A DNA stretch of 64,000 nt from positions 69,626,001 to 69,690,000 of the forward strand of contig OX597831.1 of assembly GCA_951406725.2 (NCBI GenBank), in the 5' to 3' direction. Numbering within the stretch: the first letter of the stretch is position 1; every line of letters begins with the position of its first letter. The position numbers and the translations under genes are program-made. The notes beneath the pieces were generated by a model, which saw only the letters and a list, made by a program, of their open reading frames with translations, did not search any database and was not told where the DNA came from. The DNA is from Octopus vulgaris (taxonomy: Eukaryota). This document shows positions 24,776 through 36,585 of this stretch, piece after piece.

Positions 24776-25964
24776 TACACACATACATATGTCCATGTAT
24801 GTGTGTAGATGTAACCATGCATGCAGTCACTCACACACACACATACATACAGACACATTGAGTTTGAGATAAAGATAAAAGAAAAGAGGGACTCAGTGAT
24901 ACAGACAGATAAGCAGATAACCAAAAACACACACATGCATAAAAAGAAGTTGTGTGTGTGTGTGCGTGTTTATGTGTGCATGGGTTTGTGTACATGCATG
25001 TGTGTATCTGTGTACGGGTAGTGTTTATGTACATGCGTTGACTGTGTGTGTGTGTGCGTGCATGTACTCATGCACATATGTGTGTATCTTCCTACAAGAT
25101 AGACAAGGAGATTCACCAGTAGATGTATATGCATGGAAATGTTTTCCTTCAATTTTGAATTTTTGGTTTAATATTAGAAACCCTTTTAGAATTTCTTGCC
25201 ATTTTGTGCAAAGAGAGACATTTGGGAAAATGAAATATTAAAAGAACATTTCCAAAATTGTATGGAATCTTATAAGCTCATAGAAAACTATAGAATACTA
25301 TAATAGTGCATGAAAGGAAGAAAAATTACTTTCTTTTCATTTTTTATTCTGGATATTGATTAAATGACATGATTAATAGGAATGTTAAATATTTTAAGAA
25401 AACCGGAATTCATACTATTTTTCCATCTGTAATACGCGTTGTGTTTTTCTTAGACATTATTGTTATTTTATTATTGTCTTCAAATTTAGTAGAAAGCCTT
25501 TTGTATAAAGTATTTTAATTTTGTTTGTGGGTGTTCTGTTTGAATTGAGCAAAAATAAAATGTAATTAATAATATTGCTGATAAAACTATTTCGGAAAGG
25601 AATAATATTTTTAGTTGAAATTTATAACATAAAACATGTTCAGAGTAGAGATAATTCATCATTTTCAGAAAGTTATTTTTCTTTATACTAAGAGTTGTTA
25701 GGGGATTACAATAGAGATGGAATTAACAGGCTGGAATACTGATCATCTAGCCAGGAATTTAAACCTTAATATCTCTGGATAATGTTATGATTATCTGAAC
25801 CACAAGAATCAAACTACTGATTATTTCTGGCCCCTCATGATTTAAAGAACATGAGAGATAAAACTAACTACTTGTTAGATCATTTAACCATTGCAAGTGA
25901 CTTTTTCTGTTGGCAGAATCCATCTGTTAGCAACGGAATAGATATTGCCTATAGCAGTGAATTA

Positions 25965-26430
25965 TTATCATCATTTCATCATTGTTCGACCGTGGTCGAG
26001 ACAATGGAATTTACCATGCTATGCCAGACTTCACGGTCTATCATTGTTGCTGGATACCTGTATCCCTGGAGATTACATCAGGGTAGGAGAGTGTGCGCCC
26101 TCTGGTATCACGAGCAGATTGCTTCCAGAGGAGTAGAGTAGAAATTACCTCGTTTTCAGCTCTACAACAATGTCCAGCAAACTGGACTCTCCTACCTTTC
26201 ACAAGAGATGACACAGGTGGTAGTTTCCCATATATTTGTACTTTGGTTGGATGACGCTTCCACGAGAGATTTTGAGCTCTCATAAGGAGGCGAGTGTGGG
26301 TTCCATCCAACCGCCTCTCAAGCTTCTTTGATAACGTCCAGGTTTCTGAGCCATATAGTAGAATTGGTTCGACTGTGGCTTTGAAGATTTTAAGTTTGTA
26401 ATCTCTACTTAGATTTGATGACCAGATCTT
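25965..26430 (-). mobile_element. 5'-truncated RTE-clade LINE 3' end
   Basis: KIWSSNLSRDYKLKIFKATVEPILLYGSETWTLSKKLERRLDGTHTRLL...RRVQFAGHCCRAENE...MVNSIVSTTVEQ* followed by a tgatgataat tail. Confidence 0.9.
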
Positions 26431-26805
26431 ATACCCTTTCTAGTTAGAAAGGGAATTATCATACTAGTCCAATGAAAGAATCTCCATCTGACTGGTAGGA
26501 GATAGCAGCTAAATCTCCAGTATTTAGTACAGTTTGGTAAATATAACAGGATTCATTGGATAATATAGTCTTAAATACACTGAATAAATGATGGAATGAT
26601 CATTGCTACTTGGGGTTAAAAAAAACACTCATAAGAATTGAGATGACTTATTTATGGATATAATGACATGCTGACAGTATGATTTGAACTATTGATTATT
26701 ACGTTGGTTGTCCAGAACAGTGTTTCTATTGACACACCATTGTTTAAAAAGTTAGACTTGACAGAGACTAATAATGTCAATAACGTTTACATAGCTAATA
26801 ATGCT

Positions 26806-27113
26806 CTCGAAAGAGCTGTTCTTCATTCCTGCTCCAGAGTGTCGGCTGCGGGGTCACTCCGAAAAGCTCTATCTGCGACGATTTCATCTCAATCGAAGGA
26901 GAGGGGCTTTCTCGATCTGGGTTGCGGATCCGTGGAATAAGCTGCCGGACGAGATAGTGAAGATGCCGACGACTGCTCGGTTCAAAGTCTCTCTTGACCA
27001 GAAATGGCCTGAACTCTTTGCATGAACACCTCCCTGTACATAACTCCATGTCCCCCTACATGGCCTTGCTTTTTGCTTTTTGAGCCAAAAAGTTAACTTA
27101 ACTTAATTTAACT
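26806..27113 (+). mobile_element. 5'-truncated CR1-clade LINE 3' end with TSD
   Basis: RLRGHSEKL...FSIWVADPWNKLPDEIV...FKVSLD; (ACTTA)n tail; taatgct at 26799-26805 and 27114-27120. Confidence 0.88.
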
Positions 27114-27419
27114 TAATGCTGCTAAATAATAAATAGCATACTTTCATACTGTTTGTATTTCATTTGACAGCTAGGTGGCCTGAGGTTGAAGGGAAAATGA
27201 GAAAGGAGGGAATTACAGGTAGAAGAAATTTTGAATAAAAAGGATTTAACTAAGTAGACTAAGAATAATAGTCTAGCAGTAAGATTCAGTAGGGTAAAGA
27301 AAGAAAAAATACATAACCCCAGGGTTTTGTTGTCCCTGATTACACCTCACATTTGAAGGTCTGTCCCTGTGGTAGGAAGGGACTAAACAATAGCAACTAC
27401 CTCTTTTTCATAATGTACC

Positions 27420-27651
27420 TATTCCTTTACTACTCACAAGGGGCTAAACACAGAGAGGACAAACAAGGACAGATAAATGGATTAAGTCAATTATATTGAC
27501 CCCAGTGTGTAACTGGTACTTAATTTATCAACCCCAAAAGGATGAAAGACAAAGTCGACCTCGGCGGAATTTGAACTCAGAACGTAACGGCAGGCGAAAT
27601 ATGGCTACGTATTTCGCCTGGCGTGCTAACGTCTCTGCCAGCTGGCCGCCT
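27420..27651 (-). mobile_element. SINE family A
   Basis: Full length; taatgtacc on both flanks. Confidence 0.92.
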
Positions 27652-27697
27652 TTGTAATGTACCACTTGACTTAATACATTACTCTTATACTAGTATA

Positions 27698-28100
27698 GGT
27701 GCAGGCATGACTGTGTGGTAAGAAGCATGTTTCCCAACCTCGTGTCCCAGGTTCAGTCCCACTGTGTGGCACCTTAGGCAAGTGTCTTTTGACTAACCAA
27801 AGCCTTGTGAGTGGATGTGGTAGACAAAAAATTGAAAGAAGCTCTTGGTATATATATGTATATATATATATATATATATATCTTCGTATCTGTGTTTACC
27901 CCTCCCTCCCAATCACCACTTGACAACCAGCATTGATGGTTTACATCCCTGTAACTTAGTGGTTCAATAAAAGAGACCGATAGAATGAGTATTTGGCTTT
28001 GGAAAAATAAGTCTTGGGGTTGATTTGTTTAACTAAATCCCTTCCAGGCAGTGCCCTAGCATGACCGCAATCAAATGACTGAAACAAGTAAAAGAATAAA
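27698..28100 (+). mobile_element. SINE family C (older subfamily)
   Basis: Full head, internal microsatellite and tail. Confidence 0.88.
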
Positions 28101-28624
28101 ATATATGTGCGAAATGAAAACCATGAAATGATATCATGTTCCTTAATTTTCCAGTTTCCACAAATTTTGTCTTCCTGCAATATATTCAAAGAAAAATGAT
28201 TTCATGAAATACTTAGATTTATAATGCAGAGAAAGTTCATGTCAGTGATAATTTATGCAATTAGAAAGTTGTTTCATAATTAAGTAGACTATTGATGCTC
28301 TACTGAAATACGTCATCTTGGTGTAAGGCACTTTATGCTGATAGACACTGCATGAAGATGAATTCTTCAAGTAATGCTTCAGTTGTCCAACTACTCTCTT
28401 CAAGAAACAGAGCGGATTTGAACTCTGCATTGAATCTAATAAAACTCAAACTGATTCTCATAATTACAAGAGTAATTAAATTTATTTTCCCCCTTTTTCT
28501 CTGCTCAGTATGTTAAGTATGTTAGAAATTCTCAAATATCTTATCTCATGTAGATGGGGTCATTAGGTAGTTTTCTCCCATTTGAATTAATTTAATTGAT
28601 TCGTTTTTACTCGTTAATTTTATG

Positions 28625-29028
28625 TACTCTTTACTCTTTTACTCTTTTACTTGTTTCAGTCATTTGACTGCGGCCATGCTGGAGCACTGCCTTTAATCGA
28701 GCAACTTGACCCCGGGACTTATTCTTTGTAAGCCCAGTACTTATTCTATTGGTCTCTTTTTGCCAAACCGCTAAGTGACGGGGACATAAACACACCAGCA
28801 TCGGTTGTCAAGCAACGTTAGGGGGACAAACACAGACACACAAACATACACGCACACACACATATATATATATATACGACGGGCTTCTTTCAGTTTCCGT
28901 CTACCAAATCCACTCACAAGGCTTTGGTCGGCCCGAGGCTAGAGTAGAAGACACTTGCCCAAGGTGCCACGCTGTGGGACTGAACCCAGAACCATGTGGT
29001 TGGTAAGCAAGCTACTTACCACACAGCC
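28625..29028 (-). mobile_element. SINE family C (young)
   Basis: Reverse complement of family C with (tactcttt)n tail. Confidence 0.93.
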
Positions 29029-29843
29029 TGTGTTTCATACTGTGAAGTCTTGAAGGAGTATTCCTAAGTCACTTATGTTCATTTATCACATCAAATCATG
29101 TACAATTATTGTTTACATATATAGGGATCATCTATCATTAGATGCAGCTTCACTGTGGAGGTCCAATAAGACTGGAATTGTCTGTAGTTTGCTCCATACT
29201 TGCCAAAGATCAAATTAAATTAATATTAATCTGAGTTAATATTTCTATCTACTCCCTATAAGTCTTATTCTAGTTTTTAGATAATCAAAATTTCCTTGTT
29301 GTCCTCCTTTTACCTTGAACAGATTATACTAATGTTATTTATTGAAACTACATTTCCATTCCTCACTGTAAGGATAATTTAGGTTAATTAAAATTGTTTT
29401 GCTCACTAAATTAATTACATTAGCACTCACTCATGTTTCCTGGACATAGTATTTATGGCCATTATGCAGTATATGCACAGCTAAGAATATTATATAAGTT
29501 AATTATTTATACTAAGTCTATCATATTTTGCATTGACAAAGTCTACTGCTAGTGACAGGCAACAAGTTTGGTATCATCCTCTCATCTTGGTTAACTGTGT
29601 CTTTCAAAATAGATGTTTACTAGAATGTGGAAAACAGTTCCTATTCCCATTCTACCCATATTCATTGATGTATGTGAAGAGTTAATGTTGACAGCCTAAG
29701 TGCTAAGCTCCTTGTTGTTTCTCCTATTACGTCTTATAAATCAAATTTCAGCCTATTTAATTTTTATAGTGGTATTCCAAACAGAAGTTTATTTCCTACT
29801 CTTTAATAGTACTCTTTCCTAATCTTTATTTCCTACGCTTTAA

Positions 29844-30013
29844 GGCGCAGGAGTGGCTGTGTGGTAAGTAGCTTGCTAACCAACCACATGGTTCCGTTTC
29901 AGTCCCACTGCGTGGCATCTTGAGCAAGTGTCTTCTGCTATAGCCCCGGGCCGACCAATGCCTTGTGAGTGGATTTGGTAGACGGAAACTGAAAGAAGCA
30001 TGTCGTATATATG

Positions 30014-30068
<55 letters not shown>

Positions 30069-30267
30069 TTGTCCCCCTAGCATTGCTTGACAACTGATGC
30101 TGGTGTGCTTACGTCCCCGTCACTTAGCGGTTCGGCAAAAGAGACCGATAGAATAAGTACTGGGCTTACAAAGAATAAGTCCCGTGGTCGATTTGTTCGA
30201 CTAAAGGCGGTGCTCCAGCATGACCGCAGTCAAATGACTGAAACAAGTAAAAGAGTAAAAGAGTAAA
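29844..30267 (+). mobile_element. SINE family C (young, full length)
   Basis: ggcgcaggagtggctgtgtggtaagtagcttgc...gaaacaagtaaaagagtaaaagag. Confidence 0.95.
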
Positions 30268-30727
30268 TAGTAATAAATTTTCAAATGATTATAATTATTA
30301 ATGCTACTAAAAGTCACACAGTTCAAAATATCTGTCTCTCTGGTAAAGCTAATTTTTGTTCAGATCTTTCAAGCTATATTGATCTTCTTAAGTTACATAT
30401 ACACTTAAAATATAGATTAAATGGTTTTGAGAGGAATCTCAATTATTATTCTCCTTTATTCCCATAATAGAAATGTTAGAAATTTCATGCTTTTAGAAAA
30501 TATGGTGAATGCCATAAATAGTAGAACATGTGAGTAAATGTCTTACTTCATTATTTTGTTGTGTGTTTCTCAGTTTGAATCCTGCCACTTCTCATTTCGT
30601 ATTTTCAACACCCTAGATTTCATTAAATAAATACTAATAATTTTAAGTCATGCTAAGACAAATTTTTGAAACCTGAATTCTGATTGAGAGCTTTTCAAAT
30701 GCAGTGATTTGAATATATGCTATCCAA

Positions 30728-30953
30728 TACTCTCTCTTTTACTCTTTTACTTGTTTCAGTCTCCTGACTGCAGCCATGCCGGAGCACCGCCTTTAGTCGA
30801 GCAAATCGACCCCGGGACTTATTCTTTGTAAGCCCAGTACTTATTCTATCGGTCTCTTTTTGCCAAACCGCTAAGTGACAGGGACATAAACACACCAGCA
30901 TCGGCTGTCAAGCAATGCTAGGTGGACAAACACAGACACACAAACATACACAT

Positions 30954-31004
<51 letters not shown>

Positions 31005-31167
31005 TGACAGGCTTCTTTCAGTTTCCGTCTACCAAATCCACTCACAAGGCTTTGGTCGGCCCGAGGCTATAGTAGAAGACACTTGCCCAAGGTGCCATGC
31101 AGTGGGACTGAACCCAGAACTATGTGGTTGGTAAACAAGCTACTTAACACACAGCCACTCCTGCACC
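30728..31167 (-). mobile_element. SINE family C (young, full length)
   Basis: Reverse complement of 29844-30267. Confidence 0.95.
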
Positions 31168-31335
31168 TGGAAATTTCCTCATTAACAATTTTGAAATATG
31201 TTTATTTCAGCTGTTTCTGTAACCAGAGTTCAGTGTTTCATCATTCCAAGAATGGATAATTGCATAACTGCTACCTTCATTGAATAATTCATTCTACAAA
31301 CTTACCCACTGAAACTGAACTCTTTATCCCTGTCA

Positions 31336-31767
31336 GGTGCAGGAGTGGCTGTGTGGTAAGTAGCTTGCTAACCAACCACATGGTTCCGGGTTCAGTCCCA
31401 CTGCGTGGCATCTTGGGTAAGTGTCTTCTACTATAGCCCCGGGCCGACCAATGTTTGTGAGTGGATTTGGTAGACGGAAACTGAAAGAAGCCTGTCATAT
31501 ATATGTATATATATTAATGTATGTGTGTGTGTTTGTGTGTCTGTGTTTGTTTCCCTAGCATTGCTTGACAACCGATGCTGGTGTGTTTACGTCCCCGTCA
31601 CTCAGCGGTTTAGCAAAAAGAGACTGATAGAATAAGTACTGGGCTTACAAAAGGAATAAGTCCCAGGGTTGAGTTGCTCGACTAAAGGCAGTGCTCCAGC
31701 ATGGCCACAGTCAAATGACTGAAACAAGTAAAAGAGTAAAAGAGAAAAAGAGTAAAAGAGTAAGAGT
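31336..31767 (+). mobile_element. SINE family C (young, full length)
   Basis: Same as 29844-30267. Confidence 0.95.
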
Positions 31768-32427
31768 CACTTTTTATCACCATGGTGATGATCACTTACT
31801 AAACTGTCAACAATTTGTTGGGCAGATTTACAGAAAACATCAATTATGTTGGTAAATAATGTTAATTCGTGAGAAAGTTTATAAACTAAGCCTTAAAATA
31901 AAGCAGCGTCTGCATGGCAGGGTTTAATAAACACTAATTTGTAATATGATATTCTAAGTATTGAAAGTACTCTGTAATCTCTTACCATCCAGTTTCTGCC
32001 TATTGATTAATCAAGTGTTTCTTATTTTAAGTTAATTAAAGTTTCATGTACACTGTGTAAATATTTCAAGAGAGTGCTCACTTTCCTTTCTTAATATATA
32101 TTTTCTGGAATAATGGTGAAATCCCACCAGCCACTTGTTGATTTTCTAGATGGTCTGTAATAACTTGATCAATGTTAACATGTATTACAATTATTGTCTT
32201 TCAGTCATATATGTTAACATTTTAGTTCTAAACCAGACAATTTTAATATACTGCAACATTATCTGTAATACTTGAGTTTCATCAATGGTTTTGTCTGTCT
32301 TTTGTTTCACTTTCAGACATGTTATAATAGAAAGGAGAACTATTGGCTTGAGACACATCATCAAATGTCATTTGAGACTTAGTTATGAAGAAATTATTGA
32401 CAATATTTCTTACAGAGTTAAATTTAA

Positions 32428-32826
32428 TACTCTCTTTTGCTCTTTTACTTGTGTCAGTCATGTGACTGAGGCCATGCTGGAGCACCGCCTTTAGTCGATC
32501 AAATCGACCCCGGGACTTATTCTTTGTAAGCCTAGTACTTATTTTATCAGTCTCTTTTTTGCCGAACTGCTAAGTTACAGGGACATAAATACACCAGCAT
32601 CGGTTGTCAAGCGATGTTGCGGGAACAAGCACAGACACACAAACATGCACATACATATATACATATATATACGATGGGCTTCTTTCAGTTTCCGTCTAAC
32701 AAATCCACTCACAAGGCTTTGGTCAGCCCGAGGCTATAGAAGAAAACACTTACCCAAGGTGCCACGCTGTGGGACTGAACCCGGAACTATGTGGTTCGTA
32801 AGCAAGCTACTTACCACACAGCCACT
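32428..32826 (-). mobile_element. SINE family C
   Basis: Reverse complement of family C. Confidence 0.93.
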
Positions 32827-33455
32827 ATAAATATTCATATCTATATTTTTTGGTATATGGCATTATATTCTGAACTCCTTTAGCCTATTATAGTTACAAT
32901 GTTTCAGTCATTGCACCCACCTACCTTCTTCAAATGCTTACTTGGGTTCATAAATGTTCTCAATAGTTCAAGCCAAAGAGGTGTAGATTGCTTTTATTCC
33001 ATTTTCCATCTCAGTGACATTCTTGCATTGGCCATTTTCAAACCTGTGACATTACTAACTCACTCCACTTGAACCAGAGTATATATAGATTCACAAAGGC
33101 ATAGAATTTTGATTATCAACACAGCTCAAGTGAGTACACTTTAAATCCATTAACGAGGGTCTGAAGTGGAAGACTTGTGCAAGCAGATAAAATAAATTTA
33201 GATTTACTAGCATTTCTATACAATAAGGTTTATTTGTTAACTGGTGTTAGCTCTGCTTGACCAAGTTTGTGGAACAGAGAGAAACAAACAGAGAATTTTG
33301 CATGTTTCTGTTTATATTCGCTCCATCTTTGATTAAACTACATATTCATCAGTGATCACTGTAAATGGATCAAACCAGAGCCAAGATACAATTAGAGGCT
33401 TGAAAGTCAAGAGGATTCTTGTCTGGTATGAGGACAGCTCCTTTTTATCTTTTGG

Positions 33456-33847
33456 TACTCTCTTTACTCTTTTACTTGTTTCAGTCATTTGACTGTGGCC
33501 ATGCTGGAGCACCGCCTTTAGTCGAGCAAATCGACCCCGGGACTTATTCTTTGTAAGCCCAGTACTTATTCTATCGGTCTCCTTTGCTGAACCGCTAAGT
33601 GCCGGGGATGTAAACACACCAGCATCGGTTGTCAAGCAATGCTAGGGGGACAAACACATACACACACATATATATACATTTATACGACAGGCTTCTTTCA
33701 GTTTCCGTCTACCAAATCCACTCACAAGGCATTGGTCAGCCCGGGGCTATAGCAGAAGACACTCGCCCAAGGTGCCACGCAGTGGGACTGAACCCGGAAC
33801 CATGTGGTTGGTTAGCAAGCTACTTACCACACAGCCACTCCTGTACC
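33456..33847 (-). mobile_element. SINE family C (young)
   Basis: Reverse complement of family C. Confidence 0.94.
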
Positions 33848-36180
33848 TATAGAAGAATTTAACCATAGTACTCTAAGACAACTAGTTACTTATATAATGT
33901 GGTTATACAAATATTATTTAGAGAGAACAAATTAGAGGCAAAAATTGTTAGAAACATTAGAATACTCTGGAACTGACTGTTGCTAATTTGTGTTTTTATA
34001 TTACATTCATCTAATATGATGTGTGTATATTTGTATTTGTTATAATGTGGATCCTCGTCCACTGGTATGTTAATGTTAGCACTTTAATATTCTTGTCACC
34101 ACTATTATGTTGTGGCAGTATTCCATATCTTATGATCTTTGACTCATCTATTGTGCTATTGCTGATGCTCCAGAAGACAATGACTTTGAATCGTCTACCT
34201 TGACAATAATTCGAACTTGTATATATCACGTAACAGACACTGAGAACTTGCACAATGACCCTACTACTACTGGCTCCCTAGAACAACTGACTGTCTGATT
34301 TTATAGTGGCTGGTTCATACCACTTTGTTACGTGGGAAGGGGAGTACCATAATCACAACAACAGTTTTGATTACAAAGTTTTCCATTCATGTCATCCTAA
34401 TACCAATAGATTGAAATATTTACTCACTTAACTGTTCAATTCACTATTTTATCTACCTCCCATGTTAATTTTTAGTTTGTGTCAAATATTGCTTCGCTTT
34501 ACTAATAAACATTGTAAACATAGAATAATTCGTTCCATTCTAAATGTTTCACACCAGCTTTAAACATTAGGAAACAATGTCCTTTAGATAACTTGATCAA
34601 TGTTTAATGTCTATACAATTATAGTTTTTCAGTATTATAAGTTAACCTTTTTGTTAGAAACCAAACGATTATTACATTTCTGTTATACTTAAATTTCATT
34701 AATTTTTTTCTTTTTTTTTTCTCATTTGTTCCTATGCTGGACATGCTATTGTTGGCAAGAGAGTTTATTAATTTGCGATACATCATCAAATGTCATTCAT
34801 TTGAGACTCAGTTACTGATAATACTTCTTATAGAATTAACATTAATATGTAAATATATTTCTATAAAGTTTTATTTGGCAACTGTAACTAGCTCCACTTG
34901 AGCAGAGATAAATTTTCAAACAAAACTTTTATTACTTGTATCTGTTTCCAATCCATCTTTTACTGTTCAGCATATTACTGTAAGATTTGGAGCTTAACAC
35001 ATCAGATTACTATGTTAAAGATGGCTGGGAGATTTTCAGCTAGATTTTGCCATAGCAAATAACTTATTCATTGCAAGAAAAACAACTTTATTATAACTGC
35101 ATTATATTTTAATATCCAGATTCATCAATTCTTTATCTCAGAGAAGATTTGTCAAACTTATAATTTTTCTTGTAATTGTTTATGCTTCATTTCTTTTACA
35201 TTTCATTTGCTGCAATATCTTTGCTTGGCAGGTATTAAATTGTATTGCTAAAACTTTCATCAGAGCTTCAAAATGAATGTTAACAGAGTATTTACAAGAA
35301 GTCCAGTGTATATTTGCATTCTTCCATCACATAGTTATTCTCTTAGTGCTAGCAATAGTCTTAGTGCAATTTCCTAAGCAAAAGCCGGTTCCTACCTTTG
35401 TCATATTGCAGTAATTGACAATTATTTTCTGATACTACTTTCATTATCACTAAATCTCGTGTGACACGGCTGAGAGAAACAAATAAGACATTTGGGAAGC
35501 TGTGTTAAATTGTTTGGTGTTATCAGTAAAAACAAATGATGTAGATTAGAGGGAACTGAAATATTGATTAGAAGAATGACTAAAGGGGAAAATATCCATG
35601 GTTACCTTCTGCATGAAACAGTAATAGTGAAGTAAGCTCTAGCATACTTGATGTATTGAGCCAATTATCAATCAATTAAAATTGTACTTTTAATGATGAA
35701 AAATTTATAAGCTATAGAACACAATGCAGGTGAGTCACCGAACTGTGAAATATTAGAATAATTTACCATTGCATTTTATGTTTAATTAATTATAATTAAC
35801 TTAAATTCTAGTAGGTTATCTTCTCTGTCTGTCTTGATCACAACTAGTCATTAAAACAAAGAATTTTTTCTCAGCACTGCGGGTGTATATTTTGATAAAT
35901 TAAAATTATTTGATTCACTTCAGCTAGAATGTTAGTACCCTCTTTACTAACGAAATATTGCATAGAATGTTTGGTGTTGACTGTTGTATAACATATGAAA
36001 ACTGATTATTGGAACAATGGTATATTACAGATAAATTATGATATGCTATGACTGTTGGTGATTGAATATGTGATACATAATGGCTTGCACTGACAGAATA
36101 ACAACTGTTGTAACATGACTGAATATTATTGAAGCTATAGAGTGTATATATATATATGGTTAAGTTATGGCATAATACGG

Positions 36181-36211
<31 letters not shown>

Positions 36212-36357
36212 ACTTCTGTCCTGTGGGGTAATGAAGTATAGTATTTTATGTTTGAACTATATTGAATTATTATACATCATGGCTGGTTGTGACTAATATA
36301 TTGTTGTCAACTGATGTCTGATATATCATAACAGGCTATGAATAATGAATAGTATAT

Positions 36358-36585
36358 AAATCCTTTTGTATATATATTTCTGTTAAAATAACAATGCCTT
36401 TCTTACAATTAACTTCATTAAAAACTTAAGAATTTAGTAAAACAATTTTGTTGTTATTAAGCTGGTGTTTGCAACATAAATTAACATGAAATTAAGATGG
36501 TAGGTTTTAATGAAGATCACTTTAAAAGACAAAGAATGTTTCACAGTCAGATGTGGTCACAGCTGGGTTGGCATCAAAAGAGTAA
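36358..36585. mobile_element. Older, inverted copy of the piggyBac-type MITE at 39187-39404
   Basis: aagaatttagtaaaacaa...ttattaagctggtgtttg.aacataaat...cagctgggttggcatcaaaagagtaa matches the reverse complement of 39187-39404. Confidence 0.65.

Noticed and set aside
34020-34350. Possible Gypsy integrase tail and polypurine tract (gggaaggggagta)
   Set aside because: No convincing protein motif or LTR could be read.
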